Positions 1 through 8,368 of a stretch of 48,251 bases of DNA are shown in pieces. The notes beneath the pieces were generated by a model. The model saw only the letters and a program-made list of their open reading frames with translations, was not told the origin of the DNA and did no database searches. A program made the position numbers and the translations under genes. The DNA comes from Hadesarchaea archaeon (GTDB lineage: Archaea; Hadarchaeota; Hadarchaeia; Hadarchaeales; WYZ-LMO6). The first letter of the stretch is position 1. Every line of letters begins with the position of its first letter. The stretch is from the NCBI GenBank assembly GCA_029259185.1, contig JAPDJF010000019.1, positions 1 through 48,251 on the forward strand. Reading direction: 5' to 3'.

Positions 1-105
1 GACAGGGATCGCATAGCTTGTGTGAACATCGCCAAACTCGAAGATGAAGGGCTGAGGTTCGGCCCGGATTGGTGGGGGATGATTGCGACCCCATCAGTTG
101 CGTAG
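1..105 (+). CDS. tnpB: TnpB-like RNA-guided nuclease, C-terminal fragment (5' truncated by window)
   Basis: Frame 1 reads DRDRIACVNIAKLEDEGLRFGPDWWGMIATPSVA*. DRDxxAxxNI is the RuvC-III motif of TnpB/Cas12f-like proteins. Not in the ORF track because there is no start codon. Confidence 0.8.
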   Translation, partial: DRDRIACVNIAKLEDEGLRFGPDWWGMIATPSVA

Positions 106-128
106 CTCCCGATTACGCAACAGAACCG
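106..128. repeat. Terminal inverted repeat (right end), IS6-family-like
   Basis: CTCCCGATTACGCAACAGAACCG is the exact 23-bp reverse complement of 48124-48146. It abuts the TnpB stop codon and overlaps hairpin GTTGCGTA(97-104)/TACGCAAC(114-121). Confidence 0.85.
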
Positions 129-185
129 GGATTGGTGGACTAGGAAACTCACATGCGGACGATGACAAAACCAAATCGTCTCCGA

Positions 186-1403
186 TCACTCATATTCTGG
201 CTTTATCAACAGAAAACCAGCCAGAGCGCAGAGCGTCCAGCTGAGCACCGAGAGTTTGAGGATCGTCTCGAAGGTAGACCATCCCTGATCCAGTGCCCAT
301 CCTATGGCGCAGGGTACGAGCGCACCCATGGCCCCAGCTATCGCCAAAATCGCCCCGATGGCTGGGATCATGAGATCCAAGGTCACGCCCGGAAGCTCCT
401 GAAGCTCGATCACCCACACGGGGATTATCACCGCCAACTGCAACAAAGCGAGCATTATCATCTCCAGCACGACCCCTATCCACATGCCCGAGAAAGGTAA
501 GGAGAGTGCCACGAAGGCGAAGAGCGGACCCAGGAGACCGGAAACCACGCACATGGTTCGTCTTCTCCCTTTCCCCTCTGCTACCGAGAGGAAGAGGGAG
601 GCCGCGAAGATTAACAGAAATGAGTTGATGGCGGCCGCGATGTAAAACGGCGTGGGGAAAGTCATCCGCTTGCTCATCACCGCAACATCCCACCTCCCCG
701 CCAAGGCAACGAACACGAAGGTGAAAACACCCAGGTAGGAGAGAAGCGTGTAGAGGATCAAAGAGGAGTACCATACCCCCCGGTTTTTCAACACCCTCAA
801 AGGAGAGGACGGGGGTGGGGCCCCTCCGTCCGGTGTGAAGGGGAGAGGCTCACCCTTAATCCACACACCCAAAGCACCCATGCCCACCACACCAAAGCAT
901 GCGGGCAGAACTTCCCAGCCCCCGAGTTCCTCAGACATGAGGGAACCGAAGAATGAGACGACGAGGACCCCCAGGACCATGGAGACGATGCCCATCACCA
1001 CCATAAAGTTCAGTCTCTCGATGAACCACTCCACCGCCAAGATGAGCATCAGCAAGGCAAGCCCTATACAGCAGAGACCCGCTAAGAGCCTCGAGAACCA
1101 CAGGATCCAGTAGGAGTGGGTAAACAATGGGACAAGACCCGAGAGGACAACTCCACCCATCAGGAAAGTGACGAGTGTGCCAAACCCCTCCCGGGTGATG
1201 AGCTTATCCGAACCGATCACCAAAGCACCCCCGAGCAAGGCGAAACCCACGAGTGATGCCCCCGCGAGGAGACCCATCCTTAGGGCACTCACCCCGAGCT
1301 CCTCCATCATCAACACGAAAACCGGGGATACGCTCCCCACTATCCCACCCGCTGCGAAAATGGAGACGCACATGGATAAGGCGTTCAGGTACCCCCGGTT
1401 CAT
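186..1403 (-). CDS. MFS transporter
   Basis: 405 aa with about 12 hydrophobic segments, GSDKLxxR motif-A-like loop and SRLLAGL (TM4) pattern. Confidence 0.75.
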   Translation of the reverse strand: MNRGYLNALSMCVSIFAAGGIVGSVSPVFVLMMEELGVSALRMGLLAGASLVGFALLGGALVIGSDKLITREGFGTLVTFLMGGVVLSGLVPLFTHSYWILWFSRLLAGLCCIGLALLMLILAVEWFIERLNFMVVMGIVSMVLGVLVVSFFGSLMSEELGGWEVLPACFGVVGMGALGVWIKGEPLPFTPDGGAPPPSSPLRVLKNRGVWYSSLILYTLLSYLGVFTFVFVALAGRWDVAVMSKRMTFPTPFYIAAAINSFLLIFAASLFLSVAEGKGRRRTMCVVSGLLGPLFAFVALSLPFSGMWIGVVLEMIMLALLQLAVIIPVWVIELQELPGVTLDLMIPAIGAILAIAGAMGALVPCAIGWALDQGWSTFETILKLSVLSWTLCALAGFLLIKPEYE

Positions 1404-1466
1404 TTCGCTTTAAACCAGTGCGGGGGATTAGTTAAACTTTATCGGGTGATCGGAGAATCTTTTGAG

Positions 1467-2033
1467 ATGAGCGAGGACCTGAAAAGCATGGTGGAGAGTG
1501 CTCTCGCACTATCTCAAGAAGAGCTGAAATCTAGCCTGCCATTCCTTATGGACGCCATCAAAGGATTCGGGGCTAAGGAGATGATAAAGACCATCCCCGA
1601 CTTCATCCCGCGGATGATGCAAAAGATAGAATTGCTCGACCTCCCCAAGTTCGTCAGGGAAGCGCCAGAAGGTACGGCTAAATTCTTGGATGTCCTGTGG
1701 GAGGGTGCCCGGTTCATGGCCCAAGAAGATCCCGAACTCACCGAAAAGTTAAAGGAGATAGGGTTCGTGCGGGTGAATTTCGAGGCTACGGACTCGCCCA
1801 TGAAAGGTCATTTCAAGATAGAGGGCGGAAAACTCTCAGGAGGGGGAAAACCGGTGATGCTCGCCGACCTCACCATCGAGGCCCCCACCGACACCTTGGT
1901 TGGATTGCTCACAGGCAGAGTGGATCCCGTGTGGGGCGCCCTGAAAGGAGAGTACAAGGTGAAGGGGAAGGTCTCTACCGCGATGAAGCTCGCCCCCCTC
2001 ATGAAACGTCTGCCCAGGATATTCAGGGGATGA
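1467..2033 (+). CDS. SCP2 (sterol carrier protein 2) lipid-binding domain protein with N-terminal helical extension
   Basis: C-terminal ADLTIEAP..LLTGRVDPVWGALKGEYKVKGKVSTAMKL is SCP2-like. ATG at 1467 preferred over GTG at 1446. Confidence 0.8.
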   Translation: MSEDLKSMVESALALSQEELKSSLPFLMDAIKGFGAKEMIKTIPDFIPRMMQKIELLDLPKFVREAPEGTAKFLDVLWEGARFMAQEDPELTEKLKEIGFVRVNFEATDSPMKGHFKIEGGKLSGGGKPVMLADLTIEAPTDTLVGLLTGRVDPVWGALKGEYKVKGKVSTAMKLAPLMKRLPRIFRG

Positions 2034-2039
2034 ATCGCT

Positions 2040-2058
2040 GGGCTTTGCAAAAAAGCCC
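2040..2058 (+). terminator. Hairpin downstream of SCP2 gene
   Basis: GGGCTTT-gcaaa-AAAGCCC perfect 7-bp stem just after the stop codon. Confidence 0.4.
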
Positions 2059-2070
2059 TGAGGCCAATTT

Positions 2071-2295
2071 CCGTGCTTGGGGGCTCGGGGTCCCCTAAGG
2101 GCCGAAAGCCCTACGGCCCAGGCCCTTGAGAAGGATTACCGGACTCTGAGAGAGCAAACGAGGCTGCCCTCTTACTACTGCCGTGCTTGGCTTGGAAGGC
2201 TGGCGATGGGCGGAGGGTTTCCTTCAAGCTCGTCGACACGGCTTGGATCGGAGGCCGTAGGGTTCAGCCCTTATCGCTTGGAGGCCAACCTCAAC
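2071..2295 (+). mobile_element. Internally deleted IS200/IS605-TnpB remnant (MITE/PATE-like)
   Basis: Hairpin GGGCCG(2099-2104)/CGGCCC(2114-2119); inverted repeat CCCTACGGCC(2109-2118)/GGCCGTAGGG(2253-2262). The reading LEKDYRTLREQTRLPSYYCR resembles an archaeal TnpB N-terminal helix region and AVGFSP resembles the TnpB tail. Confidence 0.5.
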
Positions 2296-2413
2296 CACGA
2301 TCTTTTGGATCCATTTGCTTTTGCAGTATTTTTGTGCGAAGCGTATTTGCTGAAAACGTTTATTAGCCCCAATACAAAATTCAAAACAGCGAAAAAAAAG
2401 GAGGTAGATTTCG

Positions 2414-2911
2414 GTGGTAGGATTCCCGACACCTGAGTGGCTTGAGGAGTATGTCAAAAAACTCAACGAGAGCAAGGAGCTTGAGGAGGCCGGAAAGGGA
2501 TGGGGCGTCGGCTGGAACGGGGATTTCATCTTCCAGATAGACGACCTGCCCGTGGAGAAGATCGAAAGCCTGCCCGAGGGTGACCTGAAGAAGCACATGA
2601 AGGAACTGTTGGAAAAGTACGCCGTTGGAAAGACCGTCTACACATACATAGGGCTAAAGGATGGGAAGTGCACGGGAGCACGCATCGTCAAGGATCCGAA
2701 CGAGGTGCAAGCCGGGTTCAAACTTATAGGAAGCTACGACAGCTGGAAGAAACTCGCCAAAGGAGAGGCTGACGCCACCAAGCTAGTGCTCACCGGAAAG
2801 ATGAAGCTGCAGGGGGACATGAGCAAGATAATGCGGTATATCAAGGCCACCCAGCTGATGGGCAAGATAGCCTCCCAGGTCCCAACGGAGTTCTTGGACG
2901 AGATGGTCTGA
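2414..2911 (+). CDS. SCP2 sterol/lipid-binding domain protein
   Basis: FPTPEWLEEY..LN N-terminus and WKKLAKGEADATKLVLTGKMKLQGDMSKIMRY typical of SCP2; GGAGGT RBS upstream. Confidence 0.85.
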   Translation: MVGFPTPEWLEEYVKKLNESKELEEAGKGWGVGWNGDFIFQIDDLPVEKIESLPEGDLKKHMKELLEKYAVGKTVYTYIGLKDGKCTGARIVKDPNEVQAGFKLIGSYDSWKKLAKGEADATKLVLTGKMKLQGDMSKIMRYIKATQLMGKIASQVPTEFLDEMV

Positions 2912-2918
2912 AAATTCA

Positions 2919-2946
2919 AAACTTCTTTTTCTTTTTTCCACCTTTT
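2919..2946. terminator. Oligo-T archaeal terminator between convergent genes
   Basis: TTCTTTTTCTTTTTTCC run after the SCP2 stop codon. Confidence 0.5.
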
Positions 2947-2952
2947 GAAAAG

Positions 2953-4671
2953 CTAGAGTAGACCAGCCTTCTTCATCTTCTCTATTTCTTCCTCGCGGAG
3001 CTTCCGCTTGAATACCTTCTCCGTTACCGTCAACGGGAGTTCCTTCCTGAATTCCACGAACTTCGGAACCGCATACGGGGGAAGCCTCTCCCTACAATGC
3101 CTGATGAGATCCTCTTCTAATTCCTTGCTGGGCTCGTAACCTTCCTTGAGCTGGATGAAGATCTTCACGCGCTCGCTCCCCGGACGCTCTGGATCCGGAA
3201 CCCCTATCGTCGCGGCATTTGCAACGGCCGGATGCTCGAACAACACGTCGTCCACCACCCGCCCATAGACCTTAAGCCCCGAAACGTTGATCATGTCCTT
3301 GGTTCGATCCACTATGTAGAAGTAGCCATCTTCATCCATCTTCGCCACATCGCCTGTGTAGAGCCATCCATCCCTCAAGCCATCTCCCGGATTGGGCCAG
3401 TATCCCTTCATCACCTGGGGACCTTTGATTATCATTTCGCCCGGTTCTCCCACCGGCATCTCTTTCGTCCCGGTTTCGATATCCACTATCTTGACTTCGG
3501 TGTCGGGTACGGGTATCCCTATGGACCCGACCTTCACGGGTAAACCCAAATCCAGTCCCACCCCCTTGAGGATGGCGACGAAGTTAGAGTGGGTCACAGG
3601 ACTCGTCTCCGAGAGTCCGTACCCCTCACTGACCAATACACCAGCTTTCTCCTCGTACTTCTTCGAAATCTCCGGGGGCAAGGCCGCCGCCCCGCTGAAC
3701 GGGACGCATCCACGGAGCTCCGACAGGTCCACGTTCTTCTCCTGCATCAATCGCATAAACTGCGTTGGAACCCCGGGCATGAAAAGTGGATGATACTTCA
3801 CCAAGAGCTCGTAAATCATCCTAGAATCCCTAGCATCTGGAACGAGGAGAAGGCATCCTGCCCAGTTTATAGCCATGTTCATCGCGCAGGTGAAACCGTA
3901 TATGTGGAAAAATGGCAGGCACCCCATCACCGAAAAGTTTCCTTTGTTCGGCTCCAGCATGCCAGCCGCCGTGGGACCGAAAGTTTGGATGATGTTGGTG
4001 GTCAGGTTATAGTGGGTGAGCATCACCCCTTTGGGTACTCCGGTGGTTCCTCCGGTGAAGAACAGCAGGGCCACATCCTCTTTGGGGTTCAGCTCGAGCG
4101 CGGGAGGATCGGGCTCGGATTCGGCTATGAGCTTCCGCAGCTGGATAGCCCCAGGCACGTCCTTCAGCTCAGGCTCCTTGGCGGAGTAGTCCCTCAACGA
4201 AGACACTACGATGTGCTCGAGCTTGGTGCCCTCCTTTATCGATTTTACTTCTTCGAGTCGGGTATCTCCCATCAACATCACCTTCGCACCTGATTTCTGG
4301 AGTTCGTACTCCAGTTCCGGGAGGGGGAGGAGGGGGCTGAAGAGGGATACCGTAGCTCCGGCCTTCAGGGCTCCGTATACGCTTATGATGAACTGGGGAG
4401 AGTTTGGAAACTGAACCCCAACCACATCACCTTTCTTCACGCCCAAGCGTTTGCTCAAGGCCGTAGCCAAACGATCCACTAGAGATTTGATCTCCGCATA
4501 CGTGTATTCCTTCTCCAAGTAAACGCACGCTTTGCTCTGAGGGCACTCGCGTGCAGCCTTGTCGATTAGCTCGAAAAGAGGGATTTCGGGGTACTCGAAT
4601 TCATACGGTAAACCAGCTTCCTCGTAAACTCTCAACCAAGGCTTATCACTGTAGCTCAAAGGCTTACTCAT
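2953..4671 (-). CDS. fadD: Long-chain fatty acid-CoA ligase (AMP-binding, ANL superfamily)
   Basis: FTGGTTGVPKG P-loop, EGYGLSE, GWLYTGD, DRTKDMI and a C-terminal Lys (LPLTVTEKV). Confidence 0.9.
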   Translation of the reverse strand: MSKPLSYSDKPWLRVYEEAGLPYEFEYPEIPLFELIDKAARECPQSKACVYLEKEYTYAEIKSLVDRLATALSKRLGVKKGDVVGVQFPNSPQFIISVYGALKAGATVSLFSPLLPLPELEYELQKSGAKVMLMGDTRLEEVKSIKEGTKLEHIVVSSLRDYSAKEPELKDVPGAIQLRKLIAESEPDPPALELNPKEDVALLFFTGGTTGVPKGVMLTHYNLTTNIIQTFGPTAAGMLEPNKGNFSVMGCLPFFHIYGFTCAMNMAINWAGCLLLVPDARDSRMIYELLVKYHPLFMPGVPTQFMRLMQEKNVDLSELRGCVPFSGAAALPPEISKKYEEKAGVLVSEGYGLSETSPVTHSNFVAILKGVGLDLGLPVKVGSIGIPVPDTEVKIVDIETGTKEMPVGEPGEMIIKGPQVMKGYWPNPGDGLRDGWLYTGDVAKMDEDGYFYIVDRTKDMINVSGLKVYGRVVDDVLFEHPAVANAATIGVPDPERPGSERVKIFIQLKEGYEPSKELEEDLIRHCRERLPPYAVPKFVEFRKELPLTVTEKVFKRKLREEEIEKMKKAGLL

Positions 4672-4736
4672 CTAATAACTGCTCCCCTCCCCATTAAAAA
4701 ACCTTCTAATCAAATGAGTAGTAGGGATGATGGAGA

Positions 4737-5774
4737 ATGCCCGAACTGCGACTTTTGAGGGACAAAAAAGGCGTTTCACCCATGATCGCAGAGATCATTC
4801 TCATCGCGATAGTTTTCCTCATCGCTAGCGCGGTGATCGTGGTCCTCGGCCGAACCGAGGTCTCGGGGAAGAGCATAAACGTTACCCTCGGAGTCGACGG
4901 CTTCGTGCACGGGAGCAATCGGCTCACCATCACCTCGCTTGGGAAAGACGTGATCCCGGATGCTTTCCTGGTTGGCGAGGAAAGCTTTGAGTGGAAGAAC
5001 CTCATCGTAAAGAAGACCGGAAGGGAGGTCGAACCTCTCGACGCTCACTTCAACGGTCGCCCGGTCGCTGCCCTCTCCCACCTCATCTATGAAGATATGG
5101 AATCCCCGCCCCAGGGAACGCTCAAGGGAAACGCCGTTTACGACTCATCGAACAAATGGGTGAGGCTCACGGAAGCCCAGAACGATCTCAACGGCGAGCT
5201 TGAGTACGTCCTCAGCCCCCCTCCAGCGAGCTTCGTGGCGGAGTTCCAGTTCTGGAGTGGGGGCGGCACTGGGGCTGACGCGGTTTGGTTCTACGCGTAC
5301 TGCACGAGCACCCCCACCACCGAAGAAGTGGCGGCCGGAGGGTACCACTTCGTGTTCGATGAGTATAATGAAGACAATGAAATCCAGCTGTGGTACAACG
5401 GCATCTCCATTGAGAACGCGAGCCAGAGCAACCTCGATGATTCGAACTGGCACGACGCAAAGGTAGTCTTCGACGGGTACGCCATAGAGATATACTTTGA
5501 CAACGAGCTGAAGTTGAGGTATATGGACTTCGATGCCCCCTCACGCAAAAACGGCACCCTCTTCGGATGGGGTGCGCGAACGGGGGGGCTTAACAACGAA
5601 CACAGGATTAGATCGCTCAAGGTTAGAAGTATTCCCTTCCAACCTGTGGGGGTGGATTTCTCACCCGGGGACATACTGGAGTTCGAGTTCAAAGACCCGC
5701 TGGTCGTCGGTGATGCGATCACCATTCACTACGTTCCGGAGGAGAAGCTACTCTACATGAACGACATAAGTTGA
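4737..5774 (+). CDS. Type IV pilin-like protein with inserted L-type lectin/ConA-like domain
   Basis: Class III signal KKG|VSPMIAEIILIAIV. The pilin scaffold is split by a WVRLT...GADAVWFY...WHDAKV...FGWGARTGG..NEHRI domain. Confidence 0.8.
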   Translation: MPELRLLRDKKGVSPMIAEIILIAIVFLIASAVIVVLGRTEVSGKSINVTLGVDGFVHGSNRLTITSLGKDVIPDAFLVGEESFEWKNLIVKKTGREVEPLDAHFNGRPVAALSHLIYEDMESPPQGTLKGNAVYDSSNKWVRLTEAQNDLNGELEYVLSPPPASFVAEFQFWSGGGTGADAVWFYAYCTSTPTTEEVAAGGYHFVFDEYNEDNEIQLWYNGISIENASQSNLDDSNWHDAKVVFDGYAIEIYFDNELKLRYMDFDAPSRKNGTLFGWGARTGGLNNEHRIRSLKVRSIPFQPVGVDFSPGDILEFEFKDPLVVGDAITIHYVPEEKLLYMNDIS

Positions 5775-5812
5775 GGTGTTCCTGGAGAAAATCGAGCAGA
5801 AGTTCGGCTAAA

Positions 5813-5858
5813 CCTTTTTAAAGAAACAGACCTAACTTTAACAAAAAGGGAGGTTGAT
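5813..5858 (+). promoter_or_regulatory. TATA-like box and RBS of the candidate major pilin
   Basis: TTTTTAAA at about 5815-5822 and GGAGGTTGA at about 5849-5857 upstream of ATG 5864. Confidence 0.5.
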
Positions 5859-5863
5859 AGGGA

Positions 5864-6382
5864 ATGGATAGCAAGGGTGTGTCCCCAATGATTGCTACCA
5901 TAGTGCTGATAGCCATAGTGTTCGCGGTGGCTGCGATCCTGGCACTATCGTTGGCTTCAGCGCCTCAGCCGGAAGTTATCTTCGGAGGGCAACTTGCAAT
6001 GGAGAACATCGAGAACGGAAGAGATGTCATTACCATCAAGCACGTGTACGGTGATCGAGCTAACGACGCATTGAAAGCTGTCAAGGTAGGAGGAACTCAT
6101 CCTAATGAGACTGACAACTATTGGGACTGGAAAAACCTTGAACTTAGGATCAACGGAGTTGTGGTCTCCCATACCGCAGACCAAGGGATAATTCAAGTTA
6201 TATCGGAGGGGAAGATAGAGAATGTCAATAGCAGTGCTGTATATGATGGTGACACGATATCTCTGATAGTGGGTGACAAAATCGTGGTAAAGCTCTCCAG
6301 TCCGCTCACGATAGGGGACAAGGTATTGCTCAAGTGGGTTCCGAAGAACCAGAGCTTGGTGGAGAAAGAAGTCACGTTCTGA
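5864..6382 (+). CDS. Archaeal type IV pilin (candidate major pilin)
   Basis: MDSKG|VSPMIATIVLIAIVFAVAA canonical class III signal. It has its own promoter/RBS and a poly-T terminator. Confidence 0.85.
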   Translation: MDSKGVSPMIATIVLIAIVFAVAAILALSLASAPQPEVIFGGQLAMENIENGRDVITIKHVYGDRANDALKAVKVGGTHPNETDNYWDWKNLELRINGVVVSHTADQGIIQVISEGKIENVNSSAVYDGDTISLIVGDKIVVKLSSPLTIGDKVLLKWVPKNQSLVEKEVTF

Positions 6383-6390
6383 GGGGAAGC

Positions 6391-6420
6391 TTTTTTTTAC
6401 TTTTTACTTACTATTTTCTT
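6391..6420 (+). terminator. Oligo-T terminator after pilin
   Basis: TTTTTTTTACTTTTT immediately after the stop codon. Confidence 0.6.
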
Positions 6421-6496
6421 AGCATATTTGCTAAACAGCTAAGACTCGTCCTGCACACCTAAATAAGAATCCCTTGGGGGTTGGACCCCCAACAAC

Positions 6497-8368
6497 TTAA
6501 GTCACCTGCGGTTGAGGCAGGGAAATGAAGGAGGAGAGTGGGAGCACATCTATCCCGACGAACAGCAACCATCCCACAAAGCACATTATCACCGAGTGCT
6601 TGAGCCCATCCCTGATCCTCCCCGTCCTGAACTGCCCGGCGAGGATCCCCAAAAAGAAAGCCTGGATGAGAACGGCGTGGAAGAATATCCTCCTTATCAT
6701 CTCAGGGTCGATGGGTGCTATTCCTATCCCCACCCCTGCCGGCATTTCAACGTTCTGGGATGGAAGGGCCGGAATGAACACCGCCACCATCCCAACCGCT
6801 GTCATGGCGAATACCATGAATATCATGTAAGTGATCAGAACGTATGTGAAGGTTTGGGCCTTGCGCTCTCGCTTCAAAAATACCTCCGTTGAAACATCAT
6901 TGGCCAGAACGGACAGCACATCGCCTATTGCCGTCGTAGCCCTGCTGGCTATTTTCATCACCGAGGTTATCCTCATGAGCAATCCACTCTTAATCCTCCT
7001 TTCCATGTTCGAGAGGGCTTCCGAGGCTGGACTACCCCATTCTATGTCCCGTCTCACCTTGATGAGCTCTGGGGCGAGAGCACCGAAACGCTCCGGAGGG
7101 AGGGTCTTTATCGCTTTAGCTGGAGGGAGACCTGAGGAGACGGCGGCGGAAAGGGAGGAAAGATAATCCGGGGTTATGCTCACTATTTTGTCTATTCGCT
7201 TCTCCCTCCGCTCGTGCAGGATGATGAACGGAATGAGGGCTATGAGCAATGCAAAAACCAAAGTAGTTTCGATCTTAGGCTGCAACCCTATAAAAGTCTC
7301 GATGTTAAGTAAACCGGTTCCGAAGCGCAAAATCATGAACCCAACTGCTACGGGAACACTTGTCCAGAAAACCTTGATAGGTTCTTCGACTACCTCTTCC
7401 AAGAAACTCGATATCTTCCTCCGACCCTCTCCCCCAAAAAAACTCCCGATCTTTCCGAGCTGTAATTTCTCCCTACCGGGTGGCTCCACTTCTATTTTCC
7501 TCCTCCGCCTCGCCTCCCAGGGAGAGTACTGAGAGAGGATGAGGATGAAGGTCAAAGCCCCCACGGGAATGGCCACATAGGTGACCGCATAGAACACGAT
7601 CCCGGGCATGGGATTCATCATGTGCATGGGGATCAAAACAACTAGCAGGAGGAAGGGCATCAACCCCACCGAGATGGTGGAGATCTCAGCCATTATCGCT
7701 ACCGTCTCGAAAGATTTTATCTGGGCGTCCCTGGCCTCGAAATAAGCTTTATCACACCTCGTTGCGAGGAACTGACTCAGATCCGCCCCGGTCTCGACCA
7801 CCGTGGCTAAGGTCTTGAGGAACTCCCTGAACTTCTCCGAAGGAGTGGTCTCAGCAACGTCCATGATCGCCTCGACCGGTGATTCCCCGAACAACTCAAC
7901 GTTCCTGACCACCGCATTCGCTTCTTTGCATATCTCGCCGTAATCATCCTCATGCTGGCTCAGCTCCTTGAAGATGCGGATGATCCCAACCCCTCCCTTG
8001 CTAAGGGCAAGCATGAAAGCCAGTGCATGAGGTAACCTGGCCTCGATCTCCCTCTGCCTAGACTTGGCGGTGGATGATAGGTTCGCCAGACTGAGTGAAT
8101 AGAACCCATATCCCCCACCCAGACCGCCGAACACCGCGAGTAGCGGGTAAAGGGGGAGGTTGAACCTAGCCCCTAGGAAAAGGGTAACCCCAAACACCAT
8201 GAAGGCCGTGACGATAGACTGGGTTACAACCCCCGTGAGGAACTCGGTGACAGATCTGGGAACTCTCGCCATCCTCAGGTTCAATCGCACGGCTTTGAGT
8301 TTATCTTCCCCGACTCTCCGGAGAAAAAAATCGACTAAAAACATCTCAGCCTGCCTCAATTTTTTCAA
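6497..8368 (-). CDS. tadC: Type IV pilus assembly platform membrane protein (TadC/ArlJ, two T2SSF domains)
   Basis: Two T2SSF-like repeats (IEARLPHALAFM...TPSEKFREFL; PDYLSSLSAAVSSG...DIEWG) with TM blocks; coupled to the ATPase gene. Confidence 0.9.
   Translation of the reverse strand: MKKLRQAEMFLVDFFLRRVGEDKLKAVRLNLRMARVPRSVTEFLTGVVTQSIVTAFMVFGVTLFLGARFNLPLYPLLAVFGGLGGGYGFYSLSLANLSSTAKSRQREIEARLPHALAFMLALSKGGVGIIRIFKELSQHEDDYGEICKEANAVVRNVELFGESPVEAIMDVAETTPSEKFREFLKTLATVVETGADLSQFLATRCDKAYFEARDAQIKSFETVAIMAEISTISVGLMPFLLLVVLIPMHMMNPMPGIVFYAVTYVAIPVGALTFILILSQYSPWEARRRRKIEVEPPGREKLQLGKIGSFFGGEGRRKISSFLEEVVEEPIKVFWTSVPVAVGFMILRFGTGLLNIETFIGLQPKIETTLVFALLIALIPFIILHERREKRIDKIVSITPDYLSSLSAAVSSGLPPAKAIKTLPPERFGALAPELIKVRRDIEWGSPASEALSNMERRIKSGLLMRITSVMKIASRATTAIGDVLSVLANDVSTEVFLKRERKAQTFTYVLITYMIFMVFAMTAVGMVAVFIPALPSQNVEMPAGVGIGIAPIDPEMIRRIFFHAVLIQAFFLGILAGQFRTGRIRDGLKHSVIMCFVGWLLFVGIDVLPLSSFISLPQPQVT

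Noticed and set aside
2247-2261. 15-nt exact match ATCGGAGGCCGTAGG between the mini TnpB remnant and the radical SAM repeat (13264-13278), a possible guide-target pair
   Set aside because: One or two 15-mer matches are expected by chance in a 48-kb self-comparison, and the match lies inside the remnant rather than at a guide position.
6419-6434. Palindrome TTAGCA-TATT-TGCTAA as a regulator binding site
   Set aside because: It lies between convergent gene ends rather than in a promoter, and no convincing second copy was found.
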